Source: Euglena gracilis (Eukaryota). Taken from it: a stretch of DNA of 64,000 bases. How positions within the stretch are numbered: the first letter of the stretch is position 1; each line of letters opens with the position of its first letter. The translations under genes and the position numbers were made by a program. This document shows, one piece after another, positions 1 through 10,290 of the stretch. The DNA is taken from positions 14,805,667 through 14,869,666 of the forward strand of contig CP154954.1 of NCBI GenBank assembly GCA_039621445.1, written 5' to 3'. The notes below the pieces were generated by a model. That model was not told where the DNA came from. It did no database searches and worked only from the letters and a program-made list of their open reading frames with translations.

Positions 1-1004
1 TTGGCTGTTTGGAGGCACCATTGGCCGAGTCGGCCCAGCCAGGGCAGACTGGGGCCAACCATGGCGGATTTCTCAGGTGGGGTTGAGACCAGGGCCAGCC
101 GGGGGGGGGGGGGGGCCGCCGCCAACCACGTGCACCACGTGTGGCACCGTGTGCACCGCGTGACGCAGTGTGCACCATGTGGGAAATTTCACTCATTTCC
201 AACATCGCTCAAACTTTTTTCCCACTTTGGCCACCTTTGGCTGCTTTTAACCTCCTTTTTCATTCTTCGGCTACTTGTTGCCAATTTTTTTTCCTTTTTT
301 TGTTTTGTTTCCCATTTGAACCATTTTTGATGCTGTTGTTGGTCATTTTTGGCCGCTGATTTGCAATTTTGACAATGTCTCAATTTTGAGTCTTTTTAGC
401 CATTGCTTTGCCTGTTGTGGTGGTTGCAGATCTGGTGGGGCGTCGTGGTGCAGCACCATGCATTCCACGCGGTGCCGCGAAACATGTGATGCACGCGTTG
501 CGGAAGCATCCCCAGCGCCGAATGAAATTTGAATTTGAAATTTGAAAAATGAAATTTGTCGACCAACTTATTGGAAGTGAGTGCAAAGCATTCTGCCCTG
601 TTCCCTCTCCCTCTCCTCATTCTCTGGTTTGTAATCAGGAAGAGCCACAGGGCGATGCAATTTCCACAGACAATTTGTCCGGTGTCAAGAAGATGTGACG
701 AGGAAAATGCATCATGATGTAAAAAAGGCAGCTTTTTGGGACTTCGCCTACTTCCATTCTGACCAATTTCTTTCAGCAACCAAAAAAAAGGAAGTATGGC
801 CAACGAAACTGAATTTATCTGAGTGTCATGCAGAGAGCATATTTTTTTTTGCGCTTTGAAGCAGGGGTTATCTTTAAGCCGAACCAATTCGAATCTATTC
901 GTGGGGGGTCCAGCATCCTTTCCACAGCCTTTCTACATTTGCCCCTCCCCGGCTGGGCAGCAGACCTCCCTTTTGTTTGGAGCTTTGGTTGTTATTTGAT
1001 TGAA

Positions 1005-1076
1005 ATGGTGCAATTTGCATGTGATTTGATGGTCCAATTTGCATGTGGTTTGATGGTGCAATTTGCATGTGATTTG
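1005..1076. repeat. 24-bp minisatellite (ATGGTSCAATTTGCATGTGATTTG) x3
   Basis: Three tandem units read directly; they translate as MVQFACDL-type repeats. Confidence 0.92.
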
Positions 1077-1709
1077 TGAACCATGAAGGTAGTGCCGGAA
1101 GCCATTGTTGGTGGTAAAAGAGTGTTAATGGAGTGGGAGCACAAGAGCTCCAAGATTGGAATTGCGTGTGATTGCTCAGACGGATCAAGTTGCGAAGGAT
1201 AGTGAAGGAAAATAGTGAAATTGTTTTCAAATTGAAATGGATAAATTCCTTGAAAGTTGGAAAAAAATGGCTCACCGTGGCAAAACGGCAAAGTGACTAA
1301 AACTGGGCTTGGGGATGCATTGGCTGTTGAAGAGAAGAAAGCTTTCGAAGGCAATGTAGCTGCTTAATTGAATGAAATGCATCTTCTTTGCTTTAAATAT
1401 TTTTTCCAGAGATTCTCACATGAAAATATTACAGTTGAGATTGCTGTTATTGAAGCTCCAGAGGGGTGGGTCCTAATCAGCTGTTGGATTGAACCGGCTT
1501 GGCACCCGAAAGCGGCAAAAAAATGCCCAAACCCACCTGCCTTGGGTTTTTTTTTCAGCCAGTTTATTGAGGTGAAAACCCCAAAAACTATCAAATTTTG
1601 GAAAATGGCCATTTTTGACCATTTTGGACCCCTTGTCATCAACCTTTTTTTCGGTCCAGGCTGGTTTCACTGTCCTGCTGAGATTTTATTGTCACTCACC
1701 GGCTGGCAG

Positions 1710-2740
1710 GTGTTAGTTGGCAATTTGTTCAACCCAAGACAACCGATCCCACAAGAATACCTCCCTCTTCGACCTGAATGAGACGAAGACGGAAAACGGA
1801 AATACGTGAAGCGCCTGTTCGGCAAAACCCTCCGAAGAGAGATCTTTGCCTCATTATTCAAGGGCAAACGTGCAAATAAGGATGTGTTAGCCATCCCGAT
1901 ACTGGACTGACTTCCTGGTGGATCGGGAGGAAACAAATTTATCGGATGGCAAAACTTTCGCCTAGGACCCCGTACAAAATTTCCTGAACTTAAACCGGTG
2001 GAGTCCGAAGCAGCGCCGTCTGCAACTGAACAGGAACCCACAACAGTTGCGTCATCCACAACGACAACAGCCAAAAGAGCAGCGAAGTCTGCAACCAAAC
2101 GTTCGGAAGAACGTTTGCTACAACCTCCATCTACACCTACAATGCCTGCGGAACATACCCCCGTACATTCTTCAGACTCGTCGTCCGTTTCGTCCTCTGG
2201 GTCCTCCGGAGTGAGGAAATGGAAGAAGGGACAGACAATGAACACAGCACACGCTTCGTCTCCTCTGCCACCATAAGTTCCCCGTGGATTTCTGGGGCTT
2301 TGGAGTGCGCGGTCTGACGCATTCCAAATAATAATCCAAAATGTGGCCGGATTCATCGTAAGGCCTTCCCCCTCAAGCATCCTCCCAGGAATCCGACACG
2401 TAGGGAGAGGCTCCTTGATGACCTGTGGAGACATCGAACCCAACCCCGGACCAGCGGACCACCACATGGTCGACCTGGCACACGGCGCAGCCACCGAGAC
2501 GCCGCAGCGGTCATCGACCCAGCAGGTCAAGAGGTCAACCTGCGTCTCATCCAGGATTCCATCATCGTCGGCCCTCCTCGATGCCCCATTTAGGACATTC
2601 TACAAGACCGCATTCATACAGTGCGCCATGTAACCTGCCAAATGTCAGCAAGGGGTATCGGACACTCTGGCCGACTTGACCACACACTACGCCACAACCC
2701 CAAACGACTCCAACCTCTTTGCGATTCTCGCATTCCCCAA
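1710..2740 (+). pseudogene. Decayed long ORF, probably retroelement-derived, containing a 2A/StopGo motif (copy 1)
   Basis: ORFs 1368-1781, 1998-2276 and 2343-2633 share one frame and are separated only by single stops (TGA 1779, TGA 1908, TAA 2274). Read-through gives NLFNPRQPIPQEYLPLRPE*DEDGKRKYVKRLFGKTLRREIFASLFKGKRANKDVLAIPILD*LPGG...GDIEPNPGP. There is a 1-nt frameshift at ~2491 relative to copy 2. Confidence 0.7.
2400..2453 (+). other. 2A-like ribosome-skipping (StopGo) peptide VGRGSLMTCGDIEPNPG|P
   Basis: Matches the D-[V/I]-E-x-N-P-G-P consensus exactly; 14/18 identical to Thosea asigna virus T2A (EGRGSLLTCGDVEENPGP). Confidence 0.88.
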
Positions 2741-2744
2741 GCTG

Positions 2745-2892
2745 GTCCTAAGAACCCGGCGTCCCAAACGCCGGTTTTACCACAAAAAGGGGGGGCGGAC
2801 GCCGGTTCAGGACAGAACCAGCGTCCGACCCCCCTTTGTTTAAAGCGGCGTTTTAGAGACGCCGGTTCAGGACAGAACCGGCGTCCCCAACC
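2745..2892. repeat. Long imperfect palindrome / hairpin element (copy 2 at ~39387-39534)
   Basis: Arms GTCCTAAGAACCCGGCGTCCCAAACGCCGGTTTTACCACAAAAAGGGGGGGCGGACGCCGGTTC and GAACCAGCGTCCGACCCCCCTTTGTTTAAAGCGGCGTTTTAGAGACGCCGGTTCAGGAC fold around the loop AGGACA (2809-2814). A second GACGCCGGTTC-AGGACA-GAACCGGCGTC hairpin overlaps the right arm. Confidence 0.85.
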
Positions 2893-5800
2893 TTTGGTCA
2901 AAAGGCACTCCCAGGACCAATCTCCGACCACTGATCTGAAATATCACGCTATTTTGAATTTTGCCAAATTCCGACGATCGCGAGCGTATATCTGGCTGTG
3001 TCAATCGTCCAGGTACAAAGTCACACCTCAATTGAAAGCTCTTTTCATCAGACGACTAGCGATCACCACCAAATTCAGCCACACCGCTACCCTCACCCCC
3101 CCCCTATTTGGCTAATGGCCGGGCCAATATTTTTTTGTTTGTTTTGCCAAAGTGCGGCATTATCGTCAACGGGCATGTTTTCCTCTTGCGATGTGTCAGA
3201 CGTTGTATCGAGTTCTACCTCGAAGGGTAGATGTGACCCGGCTTTTCCCGGTCACATCAGTGTAAGTTGGCGCTGGTGTGGTAGCAGCTGAGGTCTTCGC
3301 CCGCTTTCCTGATTTGTTACCACTCCCAGGTGCAGGTGGTTTTGGCTCGTTGTGTCGTTCAGCAGGTTTGCATGGGTCTGCAGGCTGCGGTTTAGGCTTA
3401 GGTTTACTGCCTTTTTCTTTCCTTTTCTTTCTGTGGCGGAAAGGGGCGCTCTGCAGGGGACTTTGAAGCAGGTTTTTTTGTGTAGTGGGTAGGTGGTACC
3501 TCAGGTGCCGGCCGTACCACCTGTTCAGGTGTGTGTGTGTACCACTACGGGTGTTGTGTCGTGTGGCGTGGCGTTGTTTCGACCGTAGTCGATTCGGTCG
3601 TTGTCACCACTTCGGGTGTTTGGACAGTGGTTTGTACAACAGGAGTAGAGCTGGCCGCGTCTGCTGCCAGTTCTGCAGTCGTTGCCGGTACTTCTTGTGT
3701 GGGTTGTTGTTCGCCACGTGTCACGGGGATTTCACGTTGAGGAGGAGGAAGACCTCGATCTGTGGAGAATCAGTATGTCTCGCTGCCTCTGATGCGTCCT
3801 GCTGCCCTTCGCGTGGTAGGTCGTCATGGGTTTCCCCGCTGGAAACGTGTCTCCCGTGTTCGTTTTGTAGTTTTGCAGGCACTTTCGTCAGTGAGCGTCA
3901 GGTTCCGCACTGGTAATGGGGGTTTGTGGGTGTAGCAGGCAGCCCGCATTGTGGGTTCTGCGTTCCAGACTCCGCAGACGCCCAACAAAATTGTGTTGGG
4001 ATTGTCGTGGGGGCCGTGGTTTTGAGAATGTCCGTTTGTTTTGTTCACACTTGGTAATTTGGTGTTTTTGTATCGTTTTTGTGTGTCCATTTTGGAAGTG
4101 GGTCCGTGTCTCTATGTCGTGGTTTTGGGGTTGCATCATTATTGTAATCATGGTTCCGTGTGGTAACATGCATTTTGTGGTCTGGCCTGGGCAAAAGGGA
4201 GAGGATTTTGTAGCTCAGTTGTACAAAAAATGTCTGGTGTCTGTTGCTGGTCAAGAAAATGACATTGTTTTGTCCTGTCGTATTTATTTCTGACAATCTG
4301 AAATCCAGTGTTCTTGTCTCAGATGTCCGTCAAAACAGTTGTTCTGTAAGGTGTAAGTCCCACCACAGCAGCACGAGATGCGGGCCGACACCGACAACAC
4401 ACAGTCTCCTCGTGAACCATCCGAAGTGCATGGAAAAATGGATTAGAAAAAAAACGGGAGCATGTCCGTCTGGAATGGGTGAGCCAGGTTCACGAGTGGG
4501 GCTGAAGACATCGAAATTGCCTCGCAATTGAATATCGAATTTCTCAAGACATTGTAAAATGTGCAATGGTGAAAAAATTCCCAGCTTTGATGGGAAAAAA
4601 TGTGAATGTCACAAACACATTGTGTGTTTTTTTTGTTGTGTGTTTGAAATACCCTCCTCAGCCATGGTCAATCATTTGTGGTCATGGCTAGCACCATTGA
4701 AACCCAACGGGGGCAAGCCCAACAACAACGAAGACTCCTCGGACACATCTGCCACAATCCCCTCGAAGTTATGGAAATCGGATACGCCAGACAAAACCAC
4801 CGACAAATGCTTCTGCACGTGCAGACATTCCAATGGAGAGCATGGGTATGCTATGCATTAGAAGTCTGAAAAACGGTGGTGGCTCGCTGGATCCTAGGGG
4901 GTGGGTCCAGCTTTAGAATTTCCCTGGGATGGGGTACAGGTGTACGATGTGGCTGAAGACATCAAAAATTCAAAGCAATTGAATTATCGAATATTCAAGT
5001 ATTGTGTGTAAAAAGTATGGCATATAAGTGTGACAAAAATTCCCAGAGCTCTGATGGCCAAAAAAGGGATGTGAATGTCACAAACATCATTGTGTGTTTT
5101 TAAATCATGGTTGTTTTGTTTTGAAATACCCTCCTCAACCTCCGGCCAATTATGTGGCCATGGCTAGGGCACCAAATTGAAACCAGCTATTAGGAGCCCT
5201 GCAAGGGACCACATGTGCACAGTTGCCTGGGGCTGCTGAAGCTCTTACAATCCCATCACCGCCATTTGGCCATCCAAGTCGGCAGGGCTTTTGCAGATTG
5301 CTAAGGTGCATTTACTATCATTGGAACTCCAAGCCTCCAAGCCAACCTTTAAAGCAATTTTATGACTTCATAATTCTTCTTTTCCTGATAAGAAGTCCAA
5401 TCCGTCTGTGACCTAATTTCCCCCTCATTTTTTGGATCTTTCATGCCATACAGGGCCCTTAGTTTCAAAGGTACCAACTCTCTCCTGTTTTTGTTTTCCC
5501 CAGTTTGTTTGATCCCGGTTTGTGTGACCGAGCACTTTTGCAACTTTTTGATCCACCTACCGTTTGCGAAGAAAAAACCGTTGCGCCCCCCCCCCGCTTT
5601 TTTGGGTTGTTTTCCCCCCCCCCCCCCCCCTTCTTGTCGTACGACCACCCATCATTTACAACCACGCCCCGGTCACAGGTTGCAGATTTAGAAAATTTTA
5701 ACACCACTTTACCTGCGGCCACCCCCTCATTTACGACCGCCCCCCGGTCACCGGTTGCAGGTTACGGGGGTGTTACGACCCCCCCCCCCCCGGACAAGGG

Positions 5801-6119
5801 GGGGCGGGTAATACCGTGCCTCGTTGTTTGTTTGTTTTTTCTTTATCTTTTTTACAGCATTTCGCCACGCAAAAATGGATTACAACAAAGTGCAAAACGT
5901 TCCATGAATTCCCATGAGTCAAAGCGCGTCCATTTTATTGTTCCAAAAAGTCAAGGGCTCTTCAAGGACAAAACGACATCCCCACCGACATCTCTTTTCA
6001 TGTCCGTCAGCCCCGGGCTCCATTCCCTGCCTGATATTTTCCACTGCAGTGCAGGGTTCGCCTGTAATGTAGCAGAGTTTTTATGAGGATCTCCCTCTCT
6101 CTCCCCCTCTCTGTCTCGC

Positions 6120-6122
6120 TGT

Positions 6123-6168
<46 letters not shown>

Positions 6169-6346
6169 GCGTGCGTGTGTGTGTGTGTTGTGTGTGTTTT
6201 GCAAGTGTGTGTGTGTGCGTGCGTGCGTGCGTGTGTGTGTGCGTGCGTGCGTGCATGCGTGTGTTTGTGTGTGTGTGTGTGTCTCTGTGTGTGTGTGTGA
6301 GAGCGTGTGTGTGTGTGTGTGTGTGCGTGTGTGTGTGAGTGTGCGT
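6120..6346. repeat. Compound (GT)n/(GTGC)n microsatellite (copy 2 at 42790-43090)
   Basis: Read directly. Confidence 0.97.
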
Positions 6347-6540
6347 GAACACCTGTATGTGGACAAGCATAAATCGTTTGGGCGTCCGAAGTCGGGGCAA
6401 AGGGGCTGTTATTCTGGTGTAACCCTGGCCTCGCCTTGCACATCCTGCTCCCTCGAGCCCCGCCAGCGGTCCATTCAGCAGGAACCCTACGCTCACCCCG
6501 GCCGTGACCGCGCCACCCGTGCCACTGCGGTGGTCGTGCC

Positions 6541-7136
6541 CAGGGTTTTTTTTTTTAGTCGTGGCCCCCGGGGGGGGGGGGGGCGGTGGGCCCGGCCGCG
6601 CCGCCCCCCCCCCAGGGGGTCCTCCCGGAGGGGGGTGGGACATAAACTCCCCCAATCAATAACCCCCCGTTTATTATTTGGACACTCAAAGTTGGGGTCC
6701 AGGGGGGGTTATTATTTTGGGGGGTTTATTATTTGGGCAAAGTTTTCGAAGTCAAAAGTGGACCCAAACTTTTCACTTTTTTGGCTTTCTGGGGCTTTTT
6801 TGAAAAAGAGTACTTTTTTGGCATTATTTGTGCACCACTTTTATCCATTTTGTTGATTTTTGCAACATTTCTGCTATTTTTACTCATTCTTTCCCTTTGC
6901 TTTCACACCTGCGGAGGGGGTTTATTATTTGGGCGGCCGAAGTCGGTCCTCAGGTGGGGTTTATTATTTGGGGAGGGGTTACTTTTCGGCACCTTTGCGC
7001 CGAAAATTTTTGAAGAAGTTCTATTTTTGGCATTTTTCGCAATTTTTTGGTCAATTTTGTGGGTCCCTCCGGGACCCCCAGGGGGGGGGGGTGGGTGGGG
7101 GGATTTCCTCACCCCCCGTTTTTTAAAAAACCCCTG
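6541..7136. mobile_element. Non-autonomous hAT-type MITE
   Basis: Termini CAGGGTTTTTT...AAAAAACCCCTG; perfect 8-bp TSD GTCGTGCC (6533-6540, 7137-7144). It contains a probable nested TIR element (~6643-6981) with GGGGTTTATTATTTGG repeats. Confidence 0.88.
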
Positions 7137-7477
7137 GTCGTGCCGCTCCATCGATTGCCACCGACTCCGCCTTATCATGAAAAACACACAATTGCCAGAG
7201 TTGTTGTCCAGCAAAAGAAGAGGAAGGGATTATCAATGTTGAGAAATCGAAAGGACACAAAAAATGACGTTTTTCCCTTGCTCTTCCGAGAGTATACCGT
7301 AATGTGTTTGGTCGGGGATTTGAATATAAATTTTCTAAAATGACATGCGTGATACAACAATTGGGTATTTACAATATTGTTTGTGATAGCATATGCCAAT
7401 AGTTGGAGAGAAAATGTTAGACAAGGACCAGTTTTTTTTGAAAATCTCTCAATCAGGTCTTAGGCCTTGTTACGACA

Positions 7478-7548
7478 GTGTGTGTGCCAAACAGATGTGT
7501 GTGTATGCCAAATGTGTGTGCCAAACAATTGTGTGTGCCAAACAGATG
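7478..7548. repeat. Short tandem TGTGTGCCAAA(CA) repeat x4 (copy 2 at ~44229-44299)
   Basis: Read directly. Confidence 0.75.
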
Positions 7549-7880
7549 CGATTGCCGAATTGCATGCCACGCCACAGATAGCCCCGCTTCTTGAGGAGCC
7601 CCCCCATTTCACAGCAGAACCCTCCGACGAGGGCTGCCCCACTGAATCGTGCGACAACCAAGTTTGCTTCTACGACAATCACGTGGTGAATGGTGCAGTG
7701 TCCCCTGGGAGTGTCTCTCTCTCCCCCCCTCTCCTTTTTCCACAAAAAGTGAGGTTAAGCACAGGGAAGGTCCCTTGAGCTCGTCCCAGGAAGGCTCACA
7801 GGCTCTGGCTGTCTGGGTGCCCGTGGGACGAAGCCCCGGGACCTGTTCCACCCGTTGTGGGGTGGCCGCGGTTACCCACG

Positions 7881-8140
<260 letters not shown>

Positions 8141-8599
8141 CTGGATTTGGGCGCATTTTGGCGCCAGGCAGGTCTTGCCCGGGCTGCCAATTGAGTCTGG
8201 GGACCAACTGCCAAGTTTGCACGTTAATAGTTGCGGCAGGCCATGCACAAAACAGGCTAAAATCCTAAAAGCCTGAAGAGGGGGGGCAAGCAAATTTTCA
8301 TTTAGTGCGCCGCGTAAAATTCTTTTTTTTCTGCTCCGCGTGCGCCGCGGCATTAGAAATTTTGTGACCGCGTGCGCCGCGGAAGGTTTCATTCTGTGCG
8401 CCGCATGTACCGACGGCATAGCCATCCCAATTATCCCCTGCCCGTGCCATAACAAAAGAAGGCATGTGCCGCGGGAACGTCATTGGTGCGCCGTGGGTGT
8501 GTTGTTGGTGCGCCGCGGCAGCTTTTCAGGTGCGTCGCAGGTGTGCCGCGGCAAAAATTCAATTGTTTGCCGCTTGCGCCTCGGAAAGGTAAAGGTAAA

Positions 8600-10290
8600 A
8601 AAAGGTAAAGGGGATGCCCACCCCGTCCCGCACACAGCGGGCAGGTCCGAAGACCTGGGCGGCTTCGGAACCAGCCGGGCCATCCTTCTCAATCCACCAA
8701 AGCAAAGCCCGGCAGTCACCCAGTGGTGGTGACTTCCTTGGTTCTGGGCATGCTCTGTGGGTGGGCTAGTCATGGACCGAAAGGGATGGCGACCCCGGGC
8801 CACCCACAGGTGAGTCACGTCCCCTTGGGCACCCTGGAGAGCAACTCCGCAGTCACATGGCCCTCGAGTGTGCCCCACACCCGCGGAATGGCCCGTGTGC
8901 TCCAGTTGCCAAGGGGCTTGGGGCCATGGTATGTCCCACTTCGCTTGCTGCTCTGCGGACAGGGTTGGGGGGCACAGGCACCACGCTGCCTGCCGCCCGC
9001 CTGAACATGGTTCGGTCTTGTTCGGGGAGCGTGGCGTGAGTGGTTGAGGCCCTTGGGAGGGGGGGAGGCCCTTGGTGGTGGTGCCTGGAACCAGGGTTGT
9101 CAGCCATGACAGTCACTTTCGTGCCAGTCATGTGTGTGGCGCTCGAGATCCGTGGGGCAGCATTATGGGCTGCGGCGGCTTCTTGCCATTCTTGGATGAT
9201 GCTTCGTTGCTAGGGGCCGCATGATGCCCAGATTTTGTTGTGCAGGTCTGGGTCCCATGACTCGCAGATGGCCCTTCCTCGTCCGGTTTTTTCATAGTCC
9301 GTCAAACCCGCTTTCCACCCCTCGTATTTGATGCGCAGATTCACAGATCAGATCGCATAAACCCCGCCACGGTGTGGTTTGGTCTATGGCTTGAGACGTC
9401 CCCCGTGCTGTTCTCAGGCCCGCCTGGGTTCACCGAGGGTGAGATCCTTGGCGGTGTCACCCCCAGTTCAATGCACAGCGTAAATTCCGCCACACGCTGG
9501 CCCAAATGGTGTGGGCCAGCGTTTGCTTCTGATGCTTGGGGCGTCCCCCTCTTTTGGATGTTGCATGGAGACTCGCCCGGGCTCTCCGAGGTCGGGATTC
9601 TTACAGCATCACCCCCGGGTCAAGCCATTGCTGCTTACAGGTTGGGCACACCTCACCTCTGGGGCGCCCCCCTCTCCATGCCCCGGCCAGTGGACGGATT
9701 AGGACACTCCCATTTGCGCCGCTTGCGATGGCGCACGTGTGACTCCCGGACGATGATCACCGTGTCCAGGACTCGGGTATGGGAGGCCGCGGTGGGGCAA
9801 GGCGGCGGTGTCATCTCGACCAGCAGGTCGTCGATGCCCCCAGGAAAGGGTGTCAGGTGGCTGAAGACAGTGAGGAAAGCTCCACGGGAGAGGTCATGGG
9901 GAGGGCTGTGGTCCATGGAGCTGGGGGCGTGCGATTGGGGCCATTTCCTTGGAGAACCAGCTGCGAAGCTCACGATCTCGGTGACGTTCCATCGCTAAAA
10001 GAGGAAGCAGCTCCACACGGACTGCACAAGGCGGCGTGAATACCCCCGCCGCCAGATCGCATTACGGAGAACGTTGGCCACGGACTGCTTAAAATACCCC
10101 ATGTGGCTGCAGGCCATCCGGGCGAACTCCAGGCGGCCCATGATGACCCCGCCCAGCTGCTCGGTGGGAGCTGCTCGGCGTCGGTGGCCAGGGGGCAGCG
10201 GACGATGTGGTCGGGGTACTCCTCCTCGCGGTTGTGGATGGTGGTGTGCACCACCCGCTCCCCATTTTGTATGGCATTGTATATACATCC
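8600..10290 (-). mobile_element. Penelope-like remnant, copy 1 (more deleted)
   Basis: Same thumb peptide at ~9985-10288; ~900-bp deletion at ~9494 and smaller deletions relative to copy 2. Confidence 0.65.

Noticed and set aside
1779-1910. TGA-as-Trp recoding suggested by in-frame TGAs
   Set aside because: TGG is used in the same frame, TAA stops and frameshifts also occur, and each stop is one transition from a sense codon. Ordinary decay explains it.
1667-2530. 287-aa minus-strand ORF (and 38431-39156)
   Set aside because: It is the antisense shadow of the + strand 2A-bearing frame and has no recognisable motif of its own.
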